NCBI RefSeq assembly: GCF_964204645.1
Contig: NC_134032.1
Coordinates: 2,352,416-2,416,415, forward strand
Origin: Tubulanus polymorphus
Taxonomy: Eukaryota; Animalia; Nemertea
DNA: 64,000 nucleotides
Reading direction: 5' to 3'
Shown here: in pieces, positions 40,271 through 54,014 of the stretch
Position numbering within the stretch: the stretch's first letter is position 1
Layout of the letters: each line of letters begins with the position of its first letter
Made by a program: the position numbers and the translations under genes
Notes under the pieces: generated by a model
What the model was told of the DNA's origin: nothing
Databases searched by the model: none
The model's input: only the letters and a program-made list of their open reading frames with translations

Positions 40271-42139
40271 TATTTCAGTTAGTAGAGTATCATATCATAA
40301 AAATGGATATGGGAAATGATAAGGATGTACAGGGAAATGATCTACTGACCATTAATTATAACAAGGGCAACGTATTAGGCGGGCCTACGTTAGAAGCAAT
40401 GTATACGTATTTAGAATATATGGAAGATATTCATTTGAAAATAGCGCAGCTGAAATTGTTGACGTATTTAAATCGATGAAAATGGATTCAAATTCCGTTC
40501 ATTTGTTTGAACTGAACAAACTGTCTAATTTACGTTGTATATAACAGCACCCAGCGGAAAGAGACTCACAACTGAATTCAGTTAGTTCTAAGAAATACGT
40601 GAGTAAAACGATTTTTGATCATTCTAAAGTGGCAGTTCCTAGTTTTGTGCTGTGACGTCTCCCTTTTAAACCCTGTAATTTAAAACACCTTTTCCAGGTT
40701 TTAATACATTGTCAACGATGATCAGTAAGTCAAATATCATAAATCAATTCATTCTTTATATATATATTCATTCGAATGTTTTCTAATTCATTAAGTAGCG
40801 ACTCAATACGTTTCATACAGATAAGACTAGGTTTACGGTTTATTAATGAACATGTATTTCTAGGTGAGTTATAAAAGCTTATTCTTCCACTTTGTGGGAT
40901 TTTTGCGTCAGTGTGCGCCATGGCTGTAGGCGAAGAAGAACGAAAATTGACGACCAGAGGTTTCGTTTTCGACTGCTTTGTTGATAAATTGTATGCGTAC
41001 AATCGCTCTCGGTGTGGATATCATCAACATGTGTTTTGACTATTCCATTAGACTTATTCCATTTGATTTTAACAATTCAAAACTACATGTTTTTGTAATT
41101 CGCATTCAGTTCTGGAAAAATAAACTCAGTTCTCTCTTCATGGATTGTATTCGTATCAGTAATCACAGTAGCGTTTAGACTGCTGAAAATATTTCAGCAA
41201 GTTGATGTACAGGTAGCTCGGTAGGATGGGATTGTTGAAACAATAGTCAGTGGCACAGCCATGGCTTCGATCAACCTGAGACCATGTAAAGGCCGACGTG
41301 CAGTGCGAGAGGGATGTCATCTATCAGACATGGCGTAATATCTGAACAAACACTGCAGTCAACGGTTGGATCTGGTATTTTCTTATTGTCTCCATCGATA
41401 AATCGAAATGGACCCTCCATTTTGTCAATGATGTGTGAACATGTAAAACATACTGCAGTTGTAGTGACTGACGAGGACTGTATACCCCAATTTATGTAAC
41501 AGTAGTTTATTTCTCTCTCATTACATTACATGTGAGCCCAGTACTCAGAAAATCGGACCCATTTATTGAGGCACCGTGACTGTAGGATTTCAACCGCTAA
41601 ATGTACACAAAACTCAATACCGAACGATTATACATGCTTACAAAATATAATACATACAAATCAAACTAAAACGTAACGACATACTCCCGCCCCAAAATTT
41701 CGTGAAAATAAGTATCTCCCCTATGCAATATTAATATTTCAATATAATATACATTTAAAGCTGATTTATATTTTCACAAAGAGGAGATAACGTTGGTAAA
41801 GAATACCTAATTGATTACAAATGAATGCAAATTACGAGAGTTTCATGTTCAGAAGACAGAATCCACATAGAGATTTAGTCGTTATGCTCGGCCGTTGCAA
41901 TAGCCGTGATTCTTTGATCAGCAACAACGGCAGCAGCGCAGATTGGACGTTTTCCAACAACAGATTCATCTACGTTTTCCGTAGTATTCCCTTAGTCTTT
42001 TCCACGATGCAGCGCTGTGTCGACTATGGGCGGCCATCCCCGCCAAAATGACAAACTTCTTGTGTTCTTGAAAATGACATCAACGCGTGAAAATGTCAGT
42101 AGATGGCGCTATTTATCAAAAAGACAATTGTCCTGTCCT

Positions 42140-42290
42140 GTGGAATGGTGGCATAGTGGATAAGGTGTTAGGCTCACAACCGAGAGGTTGGGTTCGAATC
42201 CTTGTGAAACCACGTTATACCGGTAAGCCACATATCAGTGCTCGTCGACTCACTGATCCAACAAAAGTCCGTACCTGGCAAAAATCTTCA
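42140..42290 (+). mobile_element. tRNA-derived SINE head
   Basis: A-box GGTGGCATAGTGG, B-box GGTTCGAATCC, downstream GTACCTGGC as in the 6880 SINE; no proper tRNA acceptor stem. Confidence 0.6.
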
Positions 42291-44322
42291 ACATGATGAA
42301 GTTGGCCAGTAATAGGTAGAAGGTAGTACGAAGGACAAACTCGTGTTTTCGTAAAAAAGACATCAATGCATTAAACTGTAGGTGGCGATACTAGGGCCTA
42401 GTTTTGTAAACCGGAAATTAATTACTTTTACTGGATAAAATAAAATAAATTGAAATTGAATCAAGGTCGTATAAATAAACGCCATGATCCAATAAAGTCA
42501 ATTGACTTCATTCGAACAACAAATTAATAGGCCAATGAGAAAGGCTAAAGCTGTGGCCTTAGGACGGAAAAAATAACATTTTCATTCATTCTGAGTTTTG
42601 TTGCAAGTTCTGTTGTGTTCAGATAATTCGAGTAAAGCTTTAAAAAGTTTATGTACCGGTGTTAGCTTTACTATGTAACACGATAGGCCTACATCTGACA
42701 TTAAGGCACGGCGGCAAGTGAATGTGGCCCAGATGTGAAAAAACCATTCTAAGTTATGTAGTTACGTACTGCTGGCCAGTTCAAGGATTGAAAATGCAAC
42801 GAGCCTATCGAATTTGACATCGGACGCGAAGGTTTGAATATTTATCATTCGTGGTAATCAGTGGTGGTCAACTTTTGAAGTTGCGTTGATGAAATCCTTT
42901 TTTAGCCGAAATCAAATCTTTCCAATATTCGAAAAGTTTGAATTGGTCAGTGTGGTCAATTCATAATTTTGCATTGGTGAATCCTTTTTAGTCTGACATT
43001 AAACGGGGTATATCGTTCTCGACGACTAAAGATGAATCCGCGGTCCAACAGATTTTCATTTCGCGACCCGGTGTATCGGTACAGTATGGTCAAATGCACA
43101 CCAGCAATTGTTTTTGACATATTGAAGTCGCCCATTAAAGCACTAGTCAATTTATGAATTTTCAATGGCGAATCCTTTCTAGTTTCACACCAAACACCGA
43201 AGCTTCGGCAGGCGGGGTTCAGACCCTGGCAGGTGAGGATGCCGCGGAGCAGATTCGGTCATATTCAAATTGCCAGAACAAACCTTATTTCGTCATGGCG
43301 GCTGAAAGGAAATGATGAAAATGATGCTAGAAAACAGATTAAGATATAAGTTTCTCGTTCGGGAAGCTTTTTGTGGTGTAATGTCGTATTTATGCACGAA
43401 TTCCTGGTTGAATGGGATGTGGATGAAAACCTATTCGGTACGACTGTAGTTTAGGTGTCATTAAGGAGCATGTTTATTAGTTAAAATCATGAGAATGGAG
43501 AATGTTGATTTTGTGACACATAAATAAAGTCTCATTGTCATTGAATTGCTTAGTAGCGCCACCAAATCGTGTACATAGTAGACTAAATGTAACTCTGAGG
43601 TTATAGTACATTTTGGATTTTAGTGTGACAACGGTAGCCTGATACCTTACTGTGTTTTAGTAGACTTTGATTTTAGTGTAGACATCGTGGGCAGCGTCAG
43701 CGTGAATGGGTGTATGTACGGGGCTATAGTAGACTTTGATTTTAGTGTAGACGTCGTGGACCGGTTCCTGAACTTCGCTGAAAAAGCTGAATCACTGAAA
43801 CGCTGAAACGCTGAAATAAAAACGCTGAAATTTCAGGGAATTTCTGAAAAACGCCGAAATTTCAGGGAATTCCCGAAAAACGCTGAAATCGTGCTAGGTA
43901 CCGACAATACACGTTTTGAAAATCATTCTGGGCCGGTGTCCGCTGACGAGTCCTGAACCGTGTTTTATGCTCTTCCTTCGGTTACAGAGACATGCCTTAA
44001 GGTCGTCGTCATGATTGACTTGATCGATTGCGGATTGCGTGGATTGTTAGATGTGTTTTTTGCCATAGTTTTATTTGCATACACCGGTACGATCTAACAA
44101 TGAAGTTATCACTTCATTTGAATAAATTCTTAATTACAGTAATATTAATTCACAATATTTTTTCTTATGTTTGGTGATTTCGTTGCATGATTTCAGTTCC
44201 AAATGTCATCAGGGGATTAACAGTCATAGAAACCACCGTGAAAGAATGGACAAGTTGCCTTTTAACAATTAAGAGCACATATTTATTTAGAAGTAAAAAT
44301 TATACAATAGCTATCTATATCG

Positions 44323-46269
44323 TTATCCTTTCTTTTTAGAAGCTCCTCCAACGGCAGCGCTCGCTTTCTGCCGTTTCTGTCCGTGCCGGGTTCCACAACT
44401 GGACGAAGGTTGTGGTTCGTCGGTTTGGGTCGGTTGCGGGTCCTGGGTTTCCTGCCGTTCTTCCTGAGGTTGTTCAACATCCTGTGTAACTTCTTTTTCG
44501 GACAAATCGGCTAATAAATGCGCATGCGGATGGTGCGCTGCAGCGATTTGTTTTAGTGATTGCTCTGTATTTCCGAAGTTGTTGAAACGTTCTCTATACC
44601 GTTCGTGGTTGAAGTTTTTATTTAATACAGCGGCGTGGGTAGCATCGAAACTGTCGAGGTGTGGCTTGTAGAATACCTCGCGAAATGTTCGGCCGCATTT
44701 TAACCTCTCCCAATTGCAAAAGCGCATCTGTTCACAAATTATCGACAATTCGACAGCAATGCGAAAGGTATTTAACATGAATATCTATAACATAATCTAT
44801 TCTGAATTGATTAGCATGGTGTATGAAAACAATTGCTTACTTTTAAGTGTGAGTGCTGTATTACCTCGAATTCTCTTTTGTATAGCTCTTACAGGTATAA
44901 TCAGGCCGTCACTTTACAAAATGACATTAACCACCTTCTGTTGGTAAGTAAAAAAACACATTGATCGTGGCCTTGGAAAGGGAAGATACTGCCTGGAAGT
45001 AAATGAAACGGTTAGTATAGAAACTTAAAAAATCACTGACAACAAATAGGTATATATATACTTTGTGTGTGTATATACCTCTGTGAACACTGCCTTTTGC
45101 TTTTTAGAGCCGTGCAGTAATGACGCTGCTACGCTCCACATCGGTTCATTAATGACTAGTGGGATGTCAACTCCAGTTCGTGCCGAATAAAACACATGGA
45201 GCACTGCTACAAGTTTAACCACGTGCATCGGGTCTTTCGTGGACATCAGCGATGCCTCCATTTTAGGATCGGAGTTTCCATTTCAGTATCAGTATCTCCA
45301 TTTCATCGTCTGAAACAATGTAACGTAACACGTTAGATTGCCTGCAAATTGTATCAATACATAACGTGAACTGTCATTAAAGAAATAATTGTACTTATCG
45401 TCTGATGAGTCGGATGCATATTTTGCAGCCATATATGCAGCGAAGTTGTTTTTGAGGGTAGTGTACATTGTCGATGCTGCTGCATCGAGGGTGTAAACCC
45501 TCGGCCGGCTGTGCGTATTGTATATTATATCGTATATATCATTAATAACATCAGCTTTATAAAAAGAGCGGCGTTTTCGTTGTTTATTTCGGCCGCAAAA
45601 TATTTTGGCTTGCACACCATACAAATAAACCTGTCATAAAAACCATCTGCCGTTCCTTGAATCTGCACCAATTCAGTCAGCTAGGTGTCTGGCTGAGTTA
45701 TTATGTGCATGGAGAAACTATTTTGACCGTTTTGTCAAATCCACGTTGTCCTGATGATAGATTAACGGCATCTCCTTCGCCGCCCCCTCCCCCCAATAGT
45801 TAACAAAGTAGAGCTTGCTCAGACTCCCCTTTGCTTTGTTTTTGGATGATTGCTTTAAGGATTCGTCCTCCTTCGTCCGATGTTATAATTCCATAACCGC
45901 CGGAACGTTGTTGGTGACTTGTTGGAGACTCGTGTTTCGCAGCCTAAAAAGTATTAAAGGCCGGTTTCATTAACTTGTCGAAGGCAATACTTTTGCCCGC
46001 CCCCGATGCTGCAACTGTTGTCATGAATATATTCAGTGACGTCGACAGGTGTGGTCCAACTTTAATCGTTGTGTTGGCCCCATTTATGCAGCTGTGGTGG
46101 ATATAATAACCGACAAACTTAATGTCTTGCTGACGTTAAAAGCCCTTTCGAAAACTTCTAGAAAGCGAAGAGTTTCCTCCGGCAGAGTGTCTTCCAAATA
46201 ATATTTGACCCTGTAGGCCGACTTATACAGTTTCTCGACGGATGCCGCGTTGAATCTTCGTGCGTTCAT
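44323..46269 (-). pseudogene. Decayed multi-exon P-loop NTPase (DUF3987-like)
   Basis: Walker A in SLNIFMTTVAASGAGKSIAF (~45975-46035), preceded by LPEETLRFL..AFNVS..IISTTAA; later helix KDPMHVVKLVAVLHV. Internal stops and frameshifts. Confidence 0.5.
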
Positions 46270-46555
46270 GCTGACATCTCGATACTTTCAGTCAGCAACA
46301 GTGTGCAATGGTTTTATAGCTGTACAGAAAATATTCCAAATGTCGCATTCCAAACTAAGTTACCGATTGGCCGTAGATACTGAATTTCATGAGATTTGCC
46401 GAAACCCGTATTGTAACATTGAGGTGTTTTTCATGTGCTATTATTCCCTCATGGAAAACCAAGTAACCGATTGGTGTGGTTTACTGAAATGCATTGGGAT
46501 TTACTGCAATCCGTATTGTTAGATAGAGACGTGTAAGGTTCCAAATACGTTTCCG

Positions 46556-47239
46556 TTAATATAGATTCTGAATAGCTGAAAGTGAATTGATGTCTGAAAG
46601 TGAACCAAATTCATTGGATGACTTGTAGATTTTAATTTCTCCAGGTAATGAATCTAATTGAATTCTGTTTCTCATTTCACTTTGACGAACTACTTGCTCC
46701 AAAATACATACGTGATGGAATTTGAAAACATCACCCTTAAAGCAGTATTTATCGTCATCATAACAGGATGGATTTGGAACAAGTGGGAGCTGAAAGAAGT
46801 CACCACTAAGAATAACTTGCAATCCTCCAAAATTACTATCATTATTACGAACTAACCGACAAACATACTCCACCTGTTCGAAAACATGACGGGATATCAT
46901 CGAGATTTCATCAATGATCAAAACCTCTGTCTCAGATATAGCAGACTTTACATTGGATAATGAAGAATCATGTAAAAACCGATGAGATAATTCAGATTTC
47001 GAATATCGTCCATCTTGAATACCACTCCAACTATGTAAAGTCTTTGCATTCATATTGCTTAGCTGGAGGCATGCTATGCCAGTACTCGCACAAACTGATT
47101 CCACCTTACCATTTCTACGCATGGTTTTATATATATGGTGCAAACAAAACGACTTGCCAGTACCTGCTTGGCCACGAATACACAGGCTATGGCCAGCGGT
47201 CGCTAAGAAAATGATGTTTGATTGTTGTTGATTAAGCAT
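46556..47239 (-). pseudogene. PIF1-family helicase, N-terminal RecA domain only (truncated)
   Basis: GQAGTGKS, ASTGIA, TLHSW.GI, LIIDEISM, FGGLQVILSGDFFQL and VVRQ; the C-terminal half is missing. Confidence 0.85.
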
Positions 47240-47428
47240 ATTTCAGCAATTTGTCATATGGAAACGAGAAAAAGCATTAACGAGTCAATGTTTTTAAAAA
47301 CCAATAAGCACATGGCAAAATCTCAAATATGGAAAAGTGAATGCAATAACAGCAAGTACACAGACCCAGCCTTCTATAGAGAGATCACAAGCCCATTACA
47401 AGCCCAGTGTGGTAATGAAACATTAACA

Positions 47429-50400
47429 CACGACCGTAGAGCTAATACTAACTATAAATGACCTTGACCGACGTTTAATTGAATTGAATCGGTGACAGCA
47501 AGCCGATACATAGGTTCCGAGAAATAACAATGGCCGCCTTTTCGCTAGCGACACGACCGCGGATTATTGCCGTTTCACGCGTATTTTAGATGTCTGTATC
47601 AGTTTAAACACGGACTATCGCAACATATTTATACCTCAATCGGTTCATATTTGAGCTTGAGATAATTCTTGAGAAGATGCAGTTTGTTAGTTACTTGATA
47701 TTGACGTTTACTTTTACTTCCGGGTTCATTGAATCGATGATGAATGCGATGTTTCAACGAAGAAAAAAGCTTAAAAGAGTTCTCCCTTAACTGCAGAGAG
47801 TAATTAAGTCTATTTAGGAAATGTGTGCTGCCAAATAAGCGTGTAAGTATTTATAGGATCTTTTGTAAGGCAAATTACAGGCTGATTAGGTCTCCTGGTC
47901 CAGTGTACCTGGTAGGCCTTTTTGTCCTTCCTTTTTATTTGATGAAGACTAAGCTAATAGTAGGCCTAAAGACCCACTGATTGCCGTATATATGGCAGTG
48001 AGGTTAAGTATGGGAGGCTTAGTTTCTTTCATCTTTTGATTTCAGTGATTGGAAATCAAAAAGTTTCTCACAACGTACTCAAAACTTAGCCTTGGCTACC
48101 GAAAATGAAATGAACCCTAAACTAATATGGCGATTGAACCCAGGAATATTTTAGAATAAAGTAAGTAGTTTTGAACCACTTCCATGTTTGTTTCTGGTGG
48201 CTAGGTGATTTGTTCGATTTGGGTCTACTATAAATTTGGGAAACTGGGTCGACTCGGGTCCATGGGAAACATTTAATGTTGATTCGAGGCTGTAGTCTGT
48301 GCGGTTTGGTTAAGTTTCCAAGTCAACTCACGCAGCTAACCCATTCTGGCAGAACCAACATGATACTTAAGATTGTGCACATGAAAATGATTGTCAGTAT
48401 TTTTGTTCCAAATATATTAATTTATTTGTTATTCCATTTATTGCACAACATTAATCAATAAGCTATCATTAGCTAACCAGACAAAATCTCATAATCTACT
48501 TGTATTAGAATTCCAAATTTTCAATTTAATATTTTACAGTAATTGATATTTTTTATGCAGAGAAGACAATTGTATATATATCGTGAATCTTGAAACCGAC
48601 AACTGTTCGTGTGAAGTAAAAAGGTGAGTAAATAAAATCTCATAATTTTTTCCTCTCAATTATATTAAGAGCAAACAAGAAATACTCTGCCTTATTTCAC
48701 CGACCTGTGTGATTTTAACGAATAAAAGTGAAATATAAGATATATACATGCGTGCGGTATACATTTACAATAATTTTCCGTTTTCTTTTCAGGTAACGGT
48801 ACATACATTCAAACAAGCCTTTTACACTTTTTACACTGTCGAGTGTTATCTTGACTGATGTAAAAGCCACCACACTCGCATTTTCGTTTCGTTGCTTCGG
48901 ATTTTGGTGGTTTTGTCGCGTAAAGACCTTGATTGATGAATAGATATTTAGTTCGCAGAACTTGATCACGGACTGTACAGTAGATTCTGTTGTCTCTGTT
49001 CACGCTTGCGTGTTTACCTTCAAGTGCTTGCTCACCGAAGAGCCCCAGAGAACCCCACATATCAACAAAATCAGGAGCGTGGTAAATAAGTATATGGAGT
49101 TTTGGCGTGATAGTGGAACTAGGAAATGCGTCGGTGTAAAATCGTCCGAAATCATGACACAGTTTACGGAATAAGGACTTTTCATCTGCTGTGAGAAATC
49201 TACATGCCGTGTATAGTGCATATAAGTTACTAAGTCTCTCGAATAGCTCGAGAAATTTCGTGTAATCATCATCAGCATGACCTGAGAGAACACTACATAG
49301 TTTCTGTGGATTGTTGGATTTGTCATCATTTTTGAGCATTTTATTTATATGGTTTCCAACAATGCAACCACTATAGTACGCTTGCCGATCAATACCTATT
49401 TCGGCAAGAATTTCATTTAGCCGTTTTGTAACCGGCCCCATTGATGAATTAACAACTTTGAATATTTCCTGTAATTGGTTTTGAGCTTCAGACAATCTCG
49501 ATTTTAGATCAGCTAACTCAGATTTCTTTTCCGATATTTCTTGAATTTCCAGCTTGATAATACTATCCGCTGACATAGTTTTCCCCGTACAACATTCCAT
49601 ACATTTGAAATTAGCTGTAGGTCCAAATATACATTGCTTGTGATAGGGGGAATCGCAATCAATGCACTCAACAAAATCATTTTGTTTGGCATTCGGAATG
49701 TTTCTAATCAAACAAATCTTTGCTGAACAACTAATAACACAACGACCCTTTTTTTGGATTGTTTAAGAAGGTCAACAGTTTGATTAAGAGTGACAATCAT
49801 TTCCTTGTACTGATTTAATTCCTCCTGCACTGCGCATACATCTAGGGATTTTTCTTTCCAGTTTCTGTACAAATCGATATCCCGATCTTTTAATCCTTCA
49901 TTGTCGACTTCCTGACATTTCTGCTCCAACATCTCAAAGAATAACAGACCTAACCCCAAAGATATGTGCAGTGGAGGAGGAACTAAATGGTCCAAATCGT
50001 CAATCCTCACTAGCATTTCATTGCAAATGCTTTTTGTGTTTTGCCCTGGTTGCTGCTTTTCAGCATTAACATTATAATCGGCTACAGTTCTACACTGCAC
50101 TACTATATGATCAGGTGTGTGTGGTTTACCATCACGTTTTCTCAGCTGTTCCAATCTAATTTCACACCAAAGGCATGGATAAGAAGCCGATGAACCCTGG
50201 TGGCCCATACATGTACACAGAAAAGCTAAATCGCCGATCAGAAAAAATCTTATAGCCAAAGTTCCTCTACTACATTCGACATATCTAATTTGTGGCAGTT
50301 GATCAAAGATTTTGCCAAATATGATCTTCATATTGCTGTAAGTATCGACAGCTTCGAAATATGAAATCAACTCGGTGTGATCGGTACTGTTTACTAGTGT

Positions 50401-52964
50401 ACTATTTAGTACAGACAGTACTAGCTTCGAAGAGCCACCACCTTTATCGGCTCCGATCTTTACCCAAATTTCATCATGAAAATGCTCATCCGTCACAAAT
50501 TTTCCGGTGACTATCAAATTGTTAACAACGTATTCAAGATGTGATTTTAAATTCACTATGTATACATAGGGGACAAGTTTTTCTTCTAGAGTTCGAGCAT
50601 TGATCACTAAATTCTTTTCGCCAGTGAATATATTCTGATCGATGTGATCACTGCGTTTTTTTAGTTCTACTCGAATCTTATCTGATGAGGGAAACACCTT
50701 TACATTTTGACTTTTCAAGTTACGGTCTTATTCTAGCATTTTGGTCATTGTAAGACGCAAATTCAGTTTCAAGTCAACTGACTGTTCAGGAGTGAGCTTA
50801 GTTCCTTTCATTTCTGGAAATTCATTGATTACAAGATTTTTTAGATTTTCATCTTTTTTCAACATATGTGCAACTAATTTAGCAGCCTCAGTGATACTTT
50901 GGTCTTTGGATGAAATAAATTGTAGTATTGATTTTGCTTTGGAAGCTCTCTTCTCAACAGTCTGTCGACTTGACTCTGAAATGGATGTGTTTGGTTTTTC
51001 AAGTTTGCAAAAATGATGTTCATTTGTTCGAGAACCTGATGGAATAATAGCTTTGAATATATGATCTAGAGAACCTTCCGATACAGTAAAAACATTATTA
51101 TCCGTCATTAATTTTTCCAAGCGACTATTAATGATTTTTAAATTGCCATTTTCCTTTTCGACATTTTTCAGCTGTTCTTTTAATAAATTCAGTTGTTCCA
51201 GATAATCTTCAGATATGTCTGTCTGTGTCGTTTGTTCATGTACTGGTGTTGTGGCATCTTCACTCGCAAGAAGGTTTTCTGTGTCGTGTAGTTTATTGCC
51301 TTGTCCTAATGAAATTCAGAATATTTTCATTGCCTGTATTCATTTGTAGAGATTCATTTTTATTGTAATGAAATGACGGTCTGACAAGCATCGATGAAAT
51401 TAAGTTAACGAGTAAAATTAAGTTTTTAAACTATGCCTAATTACTATGATTCATCGAATTCATACTGTTTCATTTGACTCTGAAGAAATTTGTGATCCCA
51501 ATTTGTTTAAAGTTATTAGGCACAAATCCAAATGCAACTTCCAAAAATTTACTGCAAATGAACAACAATTTTCAGCTGAAGTCGAAGAACGTTTGACTTA
51601 TGTACCACAAGTTAATAACAATTGATCTTGGAGTAACGATTTGACCATTAAATGATTGCTCCAAGTATAGATGAAATGTCAATTGCAAAGAAATGGAGTA
51701 TACGATACCTTCTGGATACGGGAATTGAACGAAAATGAGACAGAACATAGAATCCTCTAACAATAATTACAAGAACAAATTAGTAACTTTTGAATAAATT
51801 TAATCGTACTAAAAATCACAATATTTGTATCAATAACTTACTAGATAAAACCATTTGAACAATTTTTTTTAAATTTTTTCTCGAACTGCTTCCCTGGAAA
51901 TATTTTTTTCTTTTGCTGGAACCAGACTTTGAGGAAATACTTTTATCACTATCCATCGTCTTACAAAAAAACGCTGCCGAAAAACCTGTTTTTTAAAAGT
52001 AAACAAACAATTATTAGACTTTTTTACTATCAAATGTATGACTAATTCACGAGACTTGAAATACTGACCAGATTCCGACCCGAGATTTGAAATAGTTGGT
52101 CCAACTAACTCGTGGTTCGAGACTCCATCCGAATCTACATAAAATCCTGCCGCCAAACCTATTTTAGGATGTAAACGAAACAATTATATAACTGGCCTAA
52201 CTAACTTGATAATTTCTCAACTTCCAACACCAATCATTTTGTTTTTTTTTTCACTATTTATTGTAGTAGGCCTAGGCATGTCGTACCCTAATAGGGCTAG
52301 GCCTGTCAGGCTAGACCTGACTTCAGCCCCTGGGCTTCATTCAGGTCTTAACTTTAACGATATTAAGAGACCAGACTTATTTTTTGGATGTGCAAGAGTG
52401 ACTAGTTCTTGTTCGAAGGAGGGGCAAGGCCTGGGCAGCTAGCGCTACGTAGGTTGTAGGCGCTGAAAAACGCCAAACTTAAAAAAGTCCTTAAAACGCA
52501 AAAACAAATGACATTCGCTAGCCACTCATGAGGTATCTAACCATATGTATCATATATCATCGGAAAGCTTATGGCACCATCTACATCGGTATGTTGAGAT
52601 AATTTCGTTTTCCCAAACCCCTAAGAAATAATTAGCGAATATGTACCTCGAAAGTCGTTAGTTTTGGCCTAACCGGTTTTCAGCAGCCAACCAGGCGCAG
52701 ACGACTGACAAATTTCAACTTGTGACTACATATAGATCTTCAAAACCTGGTTGAGAATACATTAGAACGAAGTGGGCTCGAATCCCGTTATCCGTTTTCT
52801 CTACGGAACTGCGCGCGTACAGCTGGTCGTATTCGGTTAGTTTTCTATGAGAATGAACAAAGCAGGTGCGCGCACTTATTGTGCTGCCATCAATCGGTTT
52901 TCAAAAGAGGCTCAGAAAATCAATATTAATTGTTGACAAATTCTGTATCTACTCTACGGTCGTG
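47429..52964 (-). mobile_element. Second, divergent RAG1/Transib/Chapaev-related DNA transposon, 5536 bp (element 2)
   Basis: Perfect 13-bp TIR CACGACCGTAGAG at 47429 and (reverse complement) ending 52964. Shares subterminal motifs with element 1. Flanks AACA/TCCA do not form a TSD. Confidence 0.85.
48809..51956 (-). pseudogene. PHD-containing RAG1-like transposase; exons 51956-51842 and 51305-48809; frameshifts near 50725 and 49750
   Basis: GADKGGG, IGDL, GHQGSSASYPCLWC, PPPLHISLGLG, PHD CIDCDSPYHKQC..CMEC, VGNHINKM, TPKLHILIYH, GEQALEGKH. The first exon has RKKYFQGSS, matching RKKYFGSS in element 1. Confidence 0.88.
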
Positions 52965-53613
52965 TCCAGAAGAAAGCGTTCCGCATTATCTTTAAAACCG
53001 ATATTAGAGCCCATACCTCACCATTATCATCGACGTGACTCATCCGATGACGACTTCAGAGAGTTTCACTAAGAAATCACCGACGATTCTGAACAAACAG
53101 TATTTCAATGGTACAGGTGAAGAACCTGCTCCAGATCGTTAGACAACAAACAGTGTTGCATCCCGAGTTGCTGATTTTTCTTTTCAATTATCTGCACTAG
53201 TGTCACCTCGCAGCAATTATATATAACTGCACGTGCTGCCGCCAATCTAACGCTCCCGATAATAGATTGCGTAGTCGTGCCGAAGATCTAACAAAAGCGA
53301 CGATAAGAGGAGGTTGCTGCTGCTGCTGCTGCTGCGATCGAATTAGAATTGATTCCTGTGTTTCCAACTCCCTGTTTTGTTTTCGTTTCGTTGTCGCTAA
53401 TTGGGCGCCGGAATCGATGGGTGAAATAAGCAATTAATTAATTTCATTGAATGACGTCATAAGTTGTAAAATCAACGACCAGAAATGGTTAAAGACGGTT
53501 CTTTATTTCATGAGGAATAATCTCCTAAAAATCCTAGACCTTCCAGAGTGACTAGGTTGGAACACGAGAATAAAATAAACGACAAAAAATGCCGATAACC
53601 TTAAGATACGCCT

Positions 53614-53680
53614 TAAGATGGACTCGAACCTGCGACCTCCAGCGCGCGCCAGACGAGCACGCTAATCACTCGACCATAGA
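53614..53680 (-). mobile_element. tRNA-derived SINE head (second copy 56570-56636)
   Basis: Minus strand TGGTCGAGTGATTAGCG...GGTTCGAGTCC, i.e. A- and B-boxes. Confidence 0.55.
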
Positions 53681-53999
53681 CCAGTAGTGACTGACGAAGT
53701 TTGTAAGTTTGTCTAGCGATTGAAGTGGCTAGTGACCAGTCAGATGATTAAGTGACTTGGTGCATGGTGACTGTTGGCCGTTTCTACGGCCCGCTCATTC
53801 TATGGTTACTGCAGTACCTTATCGGCCCTAAACCCTCTCTGATTACGAGTCGCCCATTGTAAGAAATCAAACTAATATAGTTTGTGTAGGCTGCAGTTCA
53901 TGTATTTCTTGCTATATTTGGCATACATATACACATAAACATACGCCTACATCAATAAATCTACGACATTTGATTTCGCCTGTTTAGTCACGGAGTCGT

Positions 54000-54014
54000 C
54001 CACTAGATGGCGCT
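54000..54014 (+). promoter_or_regulatory. CTCF-consensus-like site CCACTAGATGGCGCT (copy at 56956; similar CCGCTAGGTGGCGCT at 14776 and TCAGTAGATGGCGCT at 42096)
   Basis: Matches the bilaterian CTCF core CCASYAGRKGGCRS; sequence match only. Confidence 0.4.

Noticed and set aside
42140-42210. tRNA genes (also 6880 and 53614)
   Set aside because: A/B boxes are present but there is no complete cloverleaf; they continue into SINE-like bodies.
45105-45114. 10-bp match to the element 1 TIR (CACGGCTCTA, reverse complement)
   Set aside because: Lies within the decayed ATPase reading frame, with no partner end or TSD.
46556-47239. Helitron call
   Set aside because: No HUH Rep motifs or TC...CTRR termini could be identified.
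48561-48623. SWIM-finger-like peptide YIVNLETDNCSC
   Set aside because: The second half of the motif (C.H) is absent and no upstream coding exon could be joined.
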